Source of the DNA: a bacterium
GTDB lineage: Bacteria; SAR324; NAC60-12
Reading direction: 5' to 3'
DNA: 64,000 bases
NCBI GenBank assembly: GCA_965209155.1
Contig: OZ242383.1
Location: 1,248,001-1,312,000 of the forward strand
Shown: positions 1-13,130 of the stretch, piece after piece
Numbering within the stretch: the stretch's first letter is position 1
Layout of the letters: each line of letters opens with the position of its first letter
Notes under the pieces: generated by a model
Told to the model about the DNA's origin: nothing
Databases searched by the model: none
The model's input: only the letters and a program-made list of their open reading frames with translations
Translations under genes and position numbers: made by a program

Positions 1-2
1 TG

Positions 3-185
3 ATAGATTGGGCGACTCACCAACAGGATAAAGTCATAGAATGTATTCCAGAAGTAATTGAGAGGGCAAAGAAAAATGGGCGTGATTTTTCAGATGAGAT
101 TGAGTTTTGCTTGTTTATTTCAGAAAATGCTTATTGGGTTGAGGATATCCATAGCGGATACAGACATCCGATACAATCGCCATAA
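3..185 (+). CDS. 3' end of an unknown protein entering from the left edge (partial)
   Basis: Open frame from the window edge, IDWATHQQDKVIECIPEVIERAKKNG...HPIQSP, ending at TAA 183-185; not in the ORF track. Confidence 0.45.
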   Translation: MDWATHQQDKVIECIPEVIERAKKNGRDFSDEIEFCLFISENAYWVEDIHSGYRHPIQSP

Positions 186-334
186 ATACAAAATGTAGCG
201 TGTCTCTTGTTATGGCCATTTGTAGATTTTTTAATTTTCTTAAGAACCGATTTAGTTGTATGCGAAAAATGCAGCAACGAAAAGAGTAACTGACTTGCGA
301 ATTAAACCTCATATCAAAACAACCTCATTCTTTA

Positions 335-3300
335 TCAGGTACTGTTTTTAGGCCATTCGGGTAGCCCCTTGACCAGTTTGACGGTTTCCAGACTGATGGT
401 GATGACCTTGCCAATCAGTTTGACGATGTACTGCGGGTCGTTTGGGCGGTTGGGGTCATTGGTGATGCCGCTTCGTTTGTCGGTCTTGACCTGATACTGG
501 TAGATCACCCAATCCAGGGCTGAGCGATTGCCCAAGCGGTAGTCGAAGGCTTCGGGGGGAATGCCAGCCAAAGTGAGGAAGTCATTGTAGCGGATCTGAG
601 TCTTGTCTTTGGATAACCTCATCTTCTCGACGCACCAATTGAGAGACACACCAGGTGTCTCAATGAAGTCGAGGTGGTATTCGGGTTGGTCTTCATAGAA
701 AACATGGATGTCTGCCAGACGTCTTCCTGTTTTGACGAAGCCCCAGAAATTCGGATGGAAGGGGACCCGGGGCAACTCCCTTTTGAGATTCGCCTGATAG
801 GTTTCACGGTAGCCGGGGTGATGCAAGACTGCGTAAACGTAATGGAAGACGTCCCACTTGTTGATGCTCTCGTCCTGGTACTGAGAACGGAACGCCTGCA
901 AAGCCCAACCTGTGATGTTCTCTCGTCGATACGTCCCGTCCTCATTATAGGTGTAAAAGGGGAAACATTGGGTTTTTTCCAGTATGTCCAGACTCGGAAT
1001 CAATTCTGACATCATGGCTTGAAAAGGTTTGTTACTGCCCAGACCACTGACACAAATGACCCGATTCTCGGTTTCCGTTTCTGGTGTGGGGAAGATGGAT
1101 GGGAAACCGTAAACTCTTTCGTTTAGAATTCGATCAAAGAATAAGTTTGACTTGGTGAAGGGACGATAGAGTGCGTGACTCACTTTCCGTTCAGAATATT
1201 CAGCGATATTGCCACGTTTCAAATGTAGTTTTAAAGACTCACTCCAACTGATTTTAGTGTCATCATTAATGACGAAATCATCAACGTTTGTCTCATCGTA
1301 TGTATGTCGTTTCCATTTGAACACATGTTCATTGTAATAATCGATTGTCCGCTGCATGTTCACAGTGAGCGTGTTCCGGTTGAAATTGTACGCCCAGGCA
1401 TCACGATTGGTGCTGACTCCAAGACTATAGTGTTTGAAAATCACCTCCATGGCCTCATCTTTTTCCCGTCTTGCTTCTTTGCTTCCCATGGGGATAAAGG
1501 TCTCGAATTCACAGCGCAGTCCCTCCGTGAGCCACGTATGATTATTATCCGGTTTTACCGGCTGCCATTCGATGTTTTGGTACTGATCCTTGTCATCTAG
1601 ATATTTAAACTTGTTTTCCTTACGCCAGGATTCATCAACGCGAGCATAGAAAATACTGTTTCGGGAATCTTCATTGTTTCTTTTTTTGACGAAAAAATTG
1701 ATGCAGACTCCTACCTGAATGCCAAAGACGTTGTGTGTCGTTCCTGAAAGCTTTGGATTCTTGCGTACGTTTCCTCCCAAATCGAGCATATATATCGTGT
1801 CAAAATCATCGGTGAGATGTTTTCGCATGCCATCAAATGCCGTACTATCGAGAAAACTGTTGTTGGTGACGAAAGCAATAATTCCCTTTTCTCCAATGCG
1901 GTCGGATGCCCAACGAATGGCCTTCACGTAGGGATCCGACAATGGTTTTTTACTTGTCGCATGGGAGTCTCCGGTATAGGTCTCCGCAACTCGCTTATCC
2001 AAGGTCTGATATTTTCGATTCTTGTTGTTGTCGTTTTCGTTGACTTGACCGGCGTTGTAGGGAGGATTGCCGATAACCACGAACATCGGCGTCTTTTTTT
2101 GATTTTCAAGGCGCATTGTGTTTTCAGGAACAAAAAGGGGTAACTGGCGCTCTTCCGCCAGCTCGAAAGTGTCCACGAGGCAAATGCCCTCGAAAGGCTG
2201 GTAAGTCCCCGTTGCCTGGTAAAATTCGTGTTCGATGTTCATGGAAGCGACATAGTATGGAAGCAGCATGATTTCGTTGCAGTGAAGCTCGCGCGTATAC
2301 TTATCCGGCAAAGCCGTTTTGCGGATTTCCCGCATGATGCGGACGATGAAATTGCCGGTGCCCACGAAGGGGTCGATGATGTGGACTCCCTCATCTGAAA
2401 GTGAGGTCTCGAATTCTCTGCACAGGATCTGCTGCACACTTTTTACCATGAAATCCACAATCGGTTGCGGCGTGTAGACGATGCCGTGGGTATCGGCGAC
2501 CTTGACTGAAAAGCCCTGGAAAAACTGCTCGTAGACGGTGTTGAGGAAATGCTGTTTCTGTGAAAAATCACTGATGGTTGCCGCCGTTCTTTCTATGGAG
2601 AGATAGAAGTGGTCCAGGCTTTTAAGGAAATCTCTTCGACTGAAGGATTGGGAAGTGAGCGCGTCGATGACCATCTCGATCTCATTGGCGATGACGTTAC
2701 GACGGGTAAAGTCGGGGTTGTTGAAGACGGTGCGGAAAATCCGCACCGTGAGTAGGTGTTGAATGAGCATTTCCTCGACGGCGGCTTCTGAGAGGTCGGG
2801 GTTGATCGAGGCGCGACATTTCTCCAGGAAATCCGCAAAGGCGTTGCTGAAGACGCTGTTTTTCCTTCGTTCCTCCTGAATCAGCTTTGCCACTCCACTT
2901 CCGATTTCGGGAACTTTGTCTTTGAACTGCGCCACCGCCTCCTGCCATTCAGCGTATTCTTGCGGACGGTATGAAAAAAAGGTCTGCAGGGTTTCGATCA
3001 ATTGTTCCGAGTCGCTCAAGTCATTGTCGAGTACCGGCTGCCCGTTCTGCCAGAGAATGGCTCGTTTGGGAGTTTGGAAGAGGATATTCGTCTGTGGATA
3101 ACCCGCCTTGAACTTGCGAAGCGCTTCTTTGGGTAAATCATCGTGGATGTCCTTGGCCTCCCAGTAACCATGCGTCAATTTAAAATCATCGATCAAGGCG
3201 CCATCGACGACAATTCTTTTGTTGAGAGCAAGGTTGATGGAATATTCGGGAATGAGTTTCCAGCCACGCTGTTTACCACACCCTTCGAGCAAGGTTTGGA

Positions 3301-3412
3301 ATGCCGATCGCACCGCGCTTTCGTGGGTGAAACCATGTCGATCAAATTGCGCCAGGGAATGGTAGTAATCTTTGATGACCTTGTGGCCGGGTTTGAGATT
3401 GAGGTCTGGCAT
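335..3412 (-). CDS. Single-polypeptide restriction-modification enzyme (N6-adenine MTase + N-terminal PD-(D/E)xK nuclease + Type ISP-like C-terminal TRD)
   Basis: VDG...GYWEAK nuclease motif, GIVYTPQPIVDFMV, motif I DPFVGTGNF, motif IV GNPPY, ISP-type C-terminus (YRPFTK, YRLGNRSALDWVI). Confidence 0.88.
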   Translation of the reverse strand: MPDLNLKPGHKVIKDYYHSLAQFDRHGFTHESAVRSAFQTLLEGCGKQRGWKLIPEYSINLALNKRIVVDGALIDDFKLTHGYWEAKDIHDDLPKEALRKFKAGYPQTNILFQTPKRAILWQNGQPVLDNDLSDSEQLIETLQTFFSYRPQEYAEWQEAVAQFKDKVPEIGSGVAKLIQEERRKNSVFSNAFADFLEKCRASINPDLSEAAVEEMLIQHLLTVRIFRTVFNNPDFTRRNVIANEIEMVIDALTSQSFSRRDFLKSLDHFYLSIERTAATISDFSQKQHFLNTVYEQFFQGFSVKVADTHGIVYTPQPIVDFMVKSVQQILCREFETSLSDEGVHIIDPFVGTGNFIVRIMREIRKTALPDKYTRELHCNEIMLLPYYVASMNIEHEFYQATGTYQPFEGICLVDTFELAEERQLPLFVPENTMRLENQKKTPMFVVIGNPPYNAGQVNENDNNKNRKYQTLDKRVAETYTGDSHATSKKPLSDPYVKAIRWASDRIGEKGIIAFVTNNSFLDSTAFDGMRKHLTDDFDTIYMLDLGGNVRKNPKLSGTTHNVFGIQVGVCINFFVKKRNNEDSRNSIFYARVDESWRKENKFKYLDDKDQYQNIEWQPVKPDNNHTWLTEGLRCEFETFIPMGSKEARREKDEAMEVIFKHYSLGVSTNRDAWAYNFNRNTLTVNMQRTIDYYNEHVFKWKRHTYDETNVDDFVINDDTKISWSESLKLHLKRGNIAEYSERKVSHALYRPFTKSNLFFDRILNERVYGFPSIFPTPETETENRVICVSGLGSNKPFQAMMSELIPSLDILEKTQCFPFYTYNEDGTYRRENITGWALQAFRSQYQDESINKWDVFHYVYAVLHHPGYRETYQANLKRELPRVPFHPNFWGFVKTGRRLADIHVFYEDQPEYHLDFIETPGVSLNWCVEKMRLSKDKTQIRYNDFLTLAGIPPEAFDYRLGNRSALDWVIYQYQVKTDKRSGITNDPNRPNDPQYIVKLIGKVITISLETVKLVKGLPEWPKNST

Positions 3413-3541
3413 GAAATGATTTTCCTGAAATGGTTAATGCAATGAATGAATTTACCATATCGTTTGTGATTGCCCATTTCAATAAAATTGACTCAAATGA
3501 TCCGCTTGTTCACCACGGCGACAGTGAGTCATGCCTTTTAT

Positions 3542-3850
3542 GTCATACTGGTCCCGGATCCAGTCCGGGATGATCCGGTATCCAGGGTTCAAGCTGGCTT
3601 CCTGATGTTGCCTCCCTCTGGATTCCTGGTCTGGGCCAGGAATGACACAAAGGGAAGGCACAAAGGCACAAAGGAAGAGAGGCACAAAGGAAGAGAGGCA
3701 CAAAGGCACAAAGTACTGGAATCCTGGTCTGGGCCAGGAATGACATGCTGCGGGATGCCGGGGCTTCACACGGAATGACACTCTCTTGGATTCCTGGTCT
3801 GGGCCAGGAATGACATGCGGCGGGATGTCGGGGCTTCACACGGAATGACA
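3542..3850. repeat. Cluster of REP-like palindromes with an octamer microsatellite
   Basis: TCCTGGTCTGGGCCAGGAATGACA at 3624, 3722 and 3792; 70-bp-period duplication 3718-3850; GGCACAAA/GGAAGAGA octamers 3657-3712. Confidence 0.85.
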
Positions 3851-3881
3851 TATACACCAGGATACTCATATTATTGAAGAT

Positions 3882-3905
3882 TTATGTCGAACTCTGGTTA
3901 AACAG
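3882..3905 (+). repeat. 24-bp imperfect direct repeat, left copy
   Basis: TTATGTCGAACTCTGGTTAAACAG; 21/24 identical to 5255-5278. Confidence 0.7.
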
Positions 3906-4337
3906 GGTCTTTCATCTTTATCCCTTTGTCCTTGATCAGAAATAACAGCAACGATGAGGTGGTTTCCAGCAAACAGGGAAACTAAGACTCTGCAATTCCA
4001 TATTTCCTATTAAAATGGTAGGAATTTGGCCTTTAAAGCCCAAAACACAGGAAAGTGGTTCGCTTTAAATTGATAAAATTTAATTGTATGGTAATATTAG
4101 AGACTGAAATAAAAAAAGCGCTGGAGATTCGGATAAACCGCGCATCGGAAGGAATGTCCAGCTCGTTAATGACACTAAAAACATATTTCAGGATTCTGTA
4201 ATAAATAATATATTAAAAAATAAGTTGTTTTTTTTAAAAAAGTAATTTATTATTATAAAAGTGGCTAGGGACCTGAACCAAGGGGATGAATAAATATTCC
4301 CCATAAGTATTTAATTATATTGTTTAGAGGTCCGATT

Positions 4338-5120
4338 ATGGCACGATCAACTAAATTGAACTCAGTCACGCAAAAGAAAATTTGCGATTTGCTGAAACAA
4401 GGGCACTTTTTAAAAACTGCGGCTGTGTTGGCCGGCGTGTCCGCACGGAGTGCGCATAGCTGGCTGGCTCGTGGGCGCAAAGAGGAAATCCGCATAGCCG
4501 GGGGGGATGTACCGGTGGACCCTGACGAAGCGAAATACCTTAAATTTTTGTTCAAGGTCGAAGAAGCAACTGCGCAACCGGTCAATAGAGCCTTAAAAAA
4601 GGTAATGGCTGAGGTCGACCAAGACGTCAGTACGGCGAAGTGGTATTTAAGTCATCGTCAACCCGATACCTGGGGTGGGAAAAGACGGTCGGAAAAGCCT
4701 GTCGATGAAGTGGAAGAAAAATTGGAAGAGGAGGAGACTGAAAAGAAGCCAGAAACTTTTTCCGTGGATGGATGCCACCACGCGGAGATCGATTGCGCTT
4801 GTCCCTGCGATCAGCACTACCTGTACGGTGAAACGGTACCGGAAGATTGCATTTGCTGGCAATATCACAACCCTCCCGAAAAATCTTGCGGGTGCCTTGA
4901 CGATCGGGATTTAGAAATTATTTCCGATATTTATGGTATCCAACCAATAAAATTCGGTTTTGGCATAAGTAAAGGCCCGGAGTTTTCGCGTCTTGTACCG
5001 GGCAGGTATAAGAAGTTAAAAACCCTTTTTTCGAAAAATCCATACGAGCTATTTAAACGAGGTAACCAGATTATTAAATCGAGTGACGGAGACGAAGAAA
5101 CTATTGAAATCATTCACTGA
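4338..5120 (+). CDS. Terminase-small-subunit-like HTH protein with an acidic linker and Cys/His-rich C-terminal domain
   Basis: MARSTKLN..QKKICDLLKQGHFLKTAAVLAGVS...WLARG...AKWYLSHRQPDTWG resembles phage MARPTKLT...AAAWxLERRxP-type proteins; AGAGG before ATG 4338. Confidence 0.6.
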   Translation: MARSTKLNSVTQKKICDLLKQGHFLKTAAVLAGVSARSAHSWLARGRKEEIRIAGGDVPVDPDEAKYLKFLFKVEEATAQPVNRALKKVMAEVDQDVSTAKWYLSHRQPDTWGGKRRSEKPVDEVEEKLEEEETEKKPETFSVDGCHHAEIDCACPCDQHYLYGETVPEDCICWQYHNPPEKSCGCLDDRDLEIISDIYGIQPIKFGFGISKGPEFSRLVPGRYKKLKTLFSKNPYELFKRGNQIIKSSDGDEETIEIIH

Positions 5121-5163
5121 AAAGACTCGCCTGGAACAATTCGGCGAATGTCTGGCCGCTCTA

Positions 5164-5205
5164 TGATAGGGGTCAGGGAGGCAAAAGCCTTCCTGACCCC
5201 TATCA
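5164..5205. terminator. Strong hairpin between convergent genes (possible bidirectional terminator)
   Basis: TGATAGGGGTCAGGGAGGC-AAAA-GCCTTCCTGACCCCTATCA, 19-bp stem with one G-U pair. Confidence 0.7.
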
Positions 5206-5254
5206 CGGTATCTCTTATATGAAGATTCCATAACATATTGAATTTATTAAATGC

Positions 5255-5278
5255 TTATCTCGAACTCGGGTTAAATAG
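5255..5278 (+). repeat. 24-bp imperfect direct repeat, right copy
   Basis: TTATCTCGAACTCGGGTTAAATAG. Confidence 0.7.
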
Positions 5279-5353
5279 ATTCCTTCGGAACAAGCGCGGG
5301 ATGGTATAGGGATGAGCAGGATGAACCGGAATTTCCAGGGAAAACAGAATAGA

Positions 5354-5770
5354 TCATTTAAATTCAGTGGCGGACTGTCGGACAAGAGCACGTTTCAGCT
5401 TGGATTCATATTTCAACATTCGTTGGGCCTCAACTTCATCTTCACCAAAATGGCCTTTCAAAACCTCCCTTGCTTTCCGTTCGGCAATTTGAGCACGTCC
5501 TGCATCGATTTCACCTGCTTTTTCTGCCAGTTCGGCAAGTACAGTGACACGATTGCCTTCGACCTGGGCATATCCCCAATGAATGGCCAGGGCCTGGCGC
5601 CGGTTTCCTGTTTGATAAGACAAGATTCCAGAATCGAGCGTGGTTATCAACGGGACATGCTCCGGCAATATACCCAATTCTCCTTCACTACCAGGAAGAG
5701 TCACCGCATCCACAGTTGCTTCTTCCAAAATTTTTCTTTGAGGAGTGGCAATTTCTAATTGTAAACTCAT
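5354..5770 (-). CDS. atpC: ATP synthase F1 epsilon subunit
   Basis: LEIATP, LPGSEGELGILPEHVPLIT; last gene of the atp operon. Confidence 0.96.
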   Translation of the reverse strand: MSLQLEIATPQRKILEEATVDAVTLPGSEGELGILPEHVPLITTLDSGILSYQTGNRRQALAIHWGYAQVEGNRVTVLAELAEKAGEIDAGRAQIAERKAREVLKGHFGEDEVEAQRMLKYESKLKRALVRQSATEFK

Positions 5771-5797
5771 GCTTGGGAATTTCTTCGCTTGTAGGTT

Positions 5798-7204
<1,407 letters not shown>

Positions 7205-7252
7205 TTACCTTTTTGACGATGGGTTAATGAGAATCGTTCGAGGTTTTTGAAA

Positions 7253-8140
7253 TCAGAGCGATTCGGCTCCGCTGATGATTTCAATCAATTCTCGCGTGAT
7301 TGCCGCCTGACGGGTGCGATTGTAGTACAATTGTAATTTTTCAATCAACTCTCCAGCATTCTTGGTGGCTGAATCCATGGCCGTCATGCGCGCCGCATGT
7401 TCTCCGGCAATCGAATCCAGCCAGGATACCGCCACCTGATTTTCCAAATATTTTTTCAAGAGCCGGTCCAGGACCTGATCGGCCGAGGGTTCAAAGAGGA
7501 TTTCCCGCTCGTCGATATCTTCCTCAACATTAAGTGGCGAGTCAATGGGCAGGAGAGTGGTGACGACGGGTTCTTGGGTGAGTACGCTGATAAAATGAGA
7601 ATAAGCCAGGTAGAGCCTGTCGATTTCTCGTTCCTCGAATTTTTTTATGTAATTTTCCATGATTGCGCGCGCGATTACCGCATGTTCTGAAGGTGGAACT
7701 GCGGTATAGCATTGCAAAATGGTGTGGTCCGTTCTTTTGAAAAAATCCAATCCTTTACGACCAATCACAGTAAATTGAGCATGGTCAACCATGTTGAGAT
7801 CCAATTCTCGTATCACCGACTTGCAAAGGTTGGAGTTGAATGCGCCGCACAGTCCACGATCCGAAGTGATCAGAATGACGGCAATACGCTCTCCTCCGGG
7901 GGTAGACGGTTGAGCTTTCGCAAACAACTCATGGGGTTCCTCGAATACGTTCGTATTTTTCAAATGGGCCGCAATTTGTGAAATGACTCGTTTTAACTCA
8001 AGCGCATAAGGCGTGGCTGATTCAAAATTTTCCTGGGCGCGTCTCAACTTCGCAGCAGAAACCATTTTCATGGCACTCGTGGTTTTTTGAGTGGTTTTGA
8101 CACTCTCGATCCGATTTCGAATCTCTTTTAAACTTGCCAT
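7253..8140 (-). CDS. atpG: ATP synthase F1 gamma subunit
   Basis: AMKMVSAAKL, TSDRGLCGAFN, RQAAITRELIEIISGA. Confidence 0.98.
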   Translation of the reverse strand: MASLKEIRNRIESVKTTQKTTSAMKMVSAAKLRRAQENFESATPYALELKRVISQIAAHLKNTNVFEEPHELFAKAQPSTPGGERIAVILITSDRGLCGAFNSNLCKSVIRELDLNMVDHAQFTVIGRKGLDFFKRTDHTILQCYTAVPPSEHAVIARAIMENYIKKFEEREIDRLYLAYSHFISVLTQEPVVTTLLPIDSPLNVEEDIDEREILFEPSADQVLDRLLKKYLENQVAVSWLDSIAGEHAARMTAMDSATKNAGELIEKLQLYYNRTRQAAITRELIEIISGAESL

Positions 8141-8156
8141 TGAAGATATAAATGAG

Positions 8157-10224
<2,068 letters not shown>

Positions 10225-10237
10225 TACGTCTCCTGGA

Positions 10238-10795
10238 TTATTGCAATTGATTTAAATATTTTTTGATCAAATTGTCGTGCCGGGCATCGTCAATTTTTTC
10301 TTTGATCTGCGCTTCCGCAAGCCTGATGGTTTCACTGGCAGTCCACTGTCTTAATTCGGCTTCTGCTTTTCGATATTCTTGTTCGATGGCAACTTGCGCC
10401 TGAATTTTCATTTTTTCCGCCAGGGCGACTCCTTCGGCAATGATGCGCTCTTTTTCCGCATTTGCCTCTTGCCTGGCTTCTTGCAACATCGTTTGGGTTT
10501 CGTCTCTCATCTGGGCCCATTTTTCACGAAATGCTGCCAACTCCGTATTGGCTCGCTTTTGGGCTTCCCTGGCATCCTCGATCGTCTGTTTGGCGTTTTG
10601 CGCCGAGTTTTTCAGACCGTTGGCAATTGGTTTTCTAACGAAATAATAAATCACTCCAAACAATACGGAAAAATTGATTACTTTGAAAAAAAAATCCAAG
10701 TAAGAAGAGCCCGATCCCTCTTCAGCGCCATATAATGAAAAAGTGACCCCCAAGAGTAGTATTGTGAAACTCAGCAAGATTGAAAGATTTTTCAT
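10238..10795 (-). CDS. atpF: ATP synthase F0 subunit b
   Basis: Hydrophobic N-terminus, KVINFSVLFGVIYYF, long Ala/Glu coiled coil; position upstream of atpH. Confidence 0.9.
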   Translation of the reverse strand: MKNLSILLSFTILLLGVTFSLYGAEEGSGSSYLDFFFKVINFSVLFGVIYYFVRKPIANGLKNSAQNAKQTIEDAREAQKRANTELAAFREKWAQMRDETQTMLQEARQEANAEKERIIAEGVALAEKMKIQAQVAIEQEYRKAEAELRQWTASETIRLAEAQIKEKIDDARHDNLIKKYLNQLQ

Positions 10796-10840
10796 GTATT
10801 TGACTTACATGGACATTTGAAGTCACCGCCTTCCACCTGG

Positions 10841-11314
10841 TCAACTCATTAATCGATTGGCAGTGACAGTGGCTAACTTATGGGTTAGTAGTTGTAATTG
10901 GGCTTTGGCGACTTTCAGTTCCCCGTTCAACGAGTTTTTTCCTTTCTCCAATTCTTTTTCTCCCAACTGGTGGACGTCCTGCAGCAGTGTTTCTCTTTGT
11001 CTCAGTGCTTCCTGACGAGTGAGATTGTATATTTCAGAAACTTCCATTCTTGCTGCTTTCAATTGTTCCTCATATTCAACTCGTAGTTTGTTGATTTCCA
11101 CACTGGTGGCTGCGGTTTGCACTTTACTGTCTTCTATAATTTTCTCACGATTGTCGAGGGTCCGGAAAACGGGTTGAAACAACCATTTGCTCATGATGAA
11201 TATCACCAATAACAAAAGAATTAAAACCACAACCGGCGTGGCTATCTGCAAATGCAGCAATCCATAATCGAGATTGAACCCCCACCAGGCATTTTTAAGA
11301 ATCAATTCTTTCAT
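10841..11314 (-). CDS. atpF: ATP synthase F0 subunit b'
   Basis: TM segment followed by WLFQPVFRTLDNRE and a coiled coil; first gene of the operon. Confidence 0.82.
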   Translation of the reverse strand: MKELILKNAWWGFNLDYGLLHLQIATPVVVLILLLLVIFIMSKWLFQPVFRTLDNREKIIEDSKVQTAATSVEINKLRVEYEEQLKAARMEVSEIYNLTRQEALRQRETLLQDVHQLGEKELEKGKNSLNGELKVAKAQLQLLTHKLATVTANRLMS

Positions 11315-11386
11315 CAGTCTCTTTCAGGTTAAAACTTTCAATGCAAACGCAAAGGTGTTTCAATGATTGTCGTTCGCAAATCAAAC

Positions 11387-11415
11387 AGTATAGCATAAAC
11401 TCCCTTATGGGTCAA
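11387..11415 (-). promoter_or_regulatory. Sigma70-type promoter of the atp operon
   Basis: Minus strand TTGACC-17 bp-TATACT, about 70 bp upstream of atpF'. Confidence 0.65.
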
Positions 11416-11487
11416 GACCCTTTTCGTGGACAAAATAAAAATATCCAAAATAGCGAATTATCGGAGTTTTTAAGTTCCAATTACTTC

Positions 11488-11682
11488 AGGCGTTATCAGC
11501 GTGGAATAAAAAATTTTTTTACGCTATACTCTCCTTTAGTGGAAAGTTGGGGCATTTATGATAACTCTTCCAACTCTCCTGGCCTGATAGCAACAGCCTA
11601 TCAAAACGGAGACCCAGTCGTTCTTCAGAATGATTTATGGATTCAATTGAGAAATCAATATGAGAATTTTTCCAATTCCTGA
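11488..11682 (+). pseudogene. C-terminal remnant of a zeta-toxin-like P-loop ATPase
   Basis: RRYQRGIKNFFTLYSPLVESWGIYDNS matches the C-terminus of that family; no Walker A, and the 5' part of ORF 11341-11682 overlaps the atp promoter. Confidence 0.6.
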
Positions 11683-11842
11683 AAATTTATTCAGTGTTGA
11701 AGGAAAACGAATCGAAAAAGTACTTCAGCAAGCCGTTAATGAAGCATTGCTGATTCATAAGCATGCCGGTAATCCGGTTGCTATTTGGAAGAATGATAAA
11801 ATTGAAATTATCCCACCTGAAGAAATTTTTATAGAAGTTTAA
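11660..11842 (+). CDS. Small protein of the kind typically paired with zeta-like ATPases (putative antitoxin)
   Basis: LQQAVNEALLIHKHAGNPVAIWKNDKIEIIPPEEI; overlaps the ATPase remnant. Confidence 0.6.
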   Translation: MRIFPIPENLFSVEGKRIEKVLQQAVNEALLIHKHAGNPVAIWKNDKIEIIPPEEIFIEV

Positions 11843-11944
11843 CGGTCACCTCTTCCTCTTAGTTCCCTTTTTTCGTTTTCCTACTCAACGACCCCCTGAT
11901 TTCTTTCAATATTCTGATCTCATTTTTTTACAGGTTCAATGAGT

Positions 11945-13048
11945 TCAGCCCGCGTTGCCATTCTGAGGATTTCCTCCGGAGGGAAGGAGATCGGCCAATT
12001 GGTCACGGACCTCGTATTGGTCGAAGAGGGCTTCTACCTGAGCCCAAGTGGTGGGATCCACCGGGATGCCCTGGGCCAATCGCTCCTGGCGAGTCTTGGC
12101 GGATCTTTCCCCCGGAAAGAAAACCCCACTCGATCCTTCCATCGGGGGGGTGTCTTGAACGTATCTCATCACCTGCTGGACCTCGGCCCGGATGGTTTCC
12201 AGGGGCGCCATGCAGCCCAGGTCGATGACGAGTATCATGGATCCTGCCCACATTGCCCACCTGTCAATCTCTCCTGGAGGGGAAGCGATCTGGCCCAGAA
12301 TTCCCCCGAAAAGCGCCATCATCAGCGAGAGCGCATATCCCTTGTGGCCCCCTTGCATGCCGCCAACGGGTAATTGGGCACCCCCCTCGTAGAAATCGTT
12401 AGGATTCCGACTGGGGACCCCATGCTTATCTATGACCCAAGTATCCGGAAGTTCCTCTTCCTTGTTACGGTATACCCGCAGCTTCCCTTCAGAGGTGATC
12501 GAGGTAGAAATATCAAGCAGGACCGGTGCGCCTTCGGCATGAGGAAAGGCCATTGCTAAAGGGTTCGAACCGAGTCGGCCTTCGCGTCCTCCAAAGGGAG
12601 CCTGGGTGGCGACCGGTCCTCCCGCCCAGCCCGTGAACATGATGGCAGCCATGCCGGCCTCTGCTGCCATTTCAGGGTAGGTTCCGATTCGACCCGTATG
12701 AGAATGGTTTCCCATGGTCACCAAGCTGACACCATGATCACGAGCCTGCTCGATCGCCATTTCGGTCGCTCGTGTGGCAACCACCTGTCCGAAGGTAGAA
12801 TGGCCATCGACCTGGAGGATCCCCCCATGGTTGCCAACGACTTCCGGATCTGCCTTTGGATCGACAACTCCTTTCTCAATTTCTTTCAGGTACTGGGGGA
12901 TGCGAATGAACCCATGGGAATCGTATCCCGCAAGATTGGCCTGGGCCAGGTGGTCCGCCACGATACCGGCGTGGCCGGCCGAGGCTCCTCCCGCCTGCAT
13001 CATCACATCGGTTATCCGGACAATCTGATGTTTCGTCAATATTGGCAT
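11945..13048 (-). CDS. Ldh_2 family (malate/lactate/ureidoglycolate-type) oxidoreductase
   Basis: GYDSHG, HTGRIG, LGSNPLA, GHKGYAL; SD AAGGAG before ATG 13048. Confidence 0.92.
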   Translation of the reverse strand: MPILTKHQIVRITDVMMQAGGASAGHAGIVADHLAQANLAGYDSHGFIRIPQYLKEIEKGVVDPKADPEVVGNHGGILQVDGHSTFGQVVATRATEMAIEQARDHGVSLVTMGNHSHTGRIGTYPEMAAEAGMAAIMFTGWAGGPVATQAPFGGREGRLGSNPLAMAFPHAEGAPVLLDISTSITSEGKLRVYRNKEEELPDTWVIDKHGVPSRNPNDFYEGGAQLPVGGMQGGHKGYALSLMMALFGGILGQIASPPGEIDRWAMWAGSMILVIDLGCMAPLETIRAEVQQVMRYVQDTPPMEGSSGVFFPGERSAKTRQERLAQGIPVDPTTWAQVEALFDQYEVRDQLADLLPSGGNPQNGNAG

Positions 13049-13130
13049 GTTCAGCTCCTTCAAAATTAGTTGGTATCCTGTGATAATTTTTCTTTTGATT
13101 TTTAGAATAATTAATGACTTCTAATGATAT

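Noticed and set aside
3620..3850. Possible CRISPR array (three 24-bp palindromic repeats)
   Set aside because: Spacing is irregular, the spacers are themselves repeats, and there are no cas genes; fits REP-like elements
3470..3869. Short ORFs over the repeat cluster
   Set aside because: Translations simply mirror the DNA repeats
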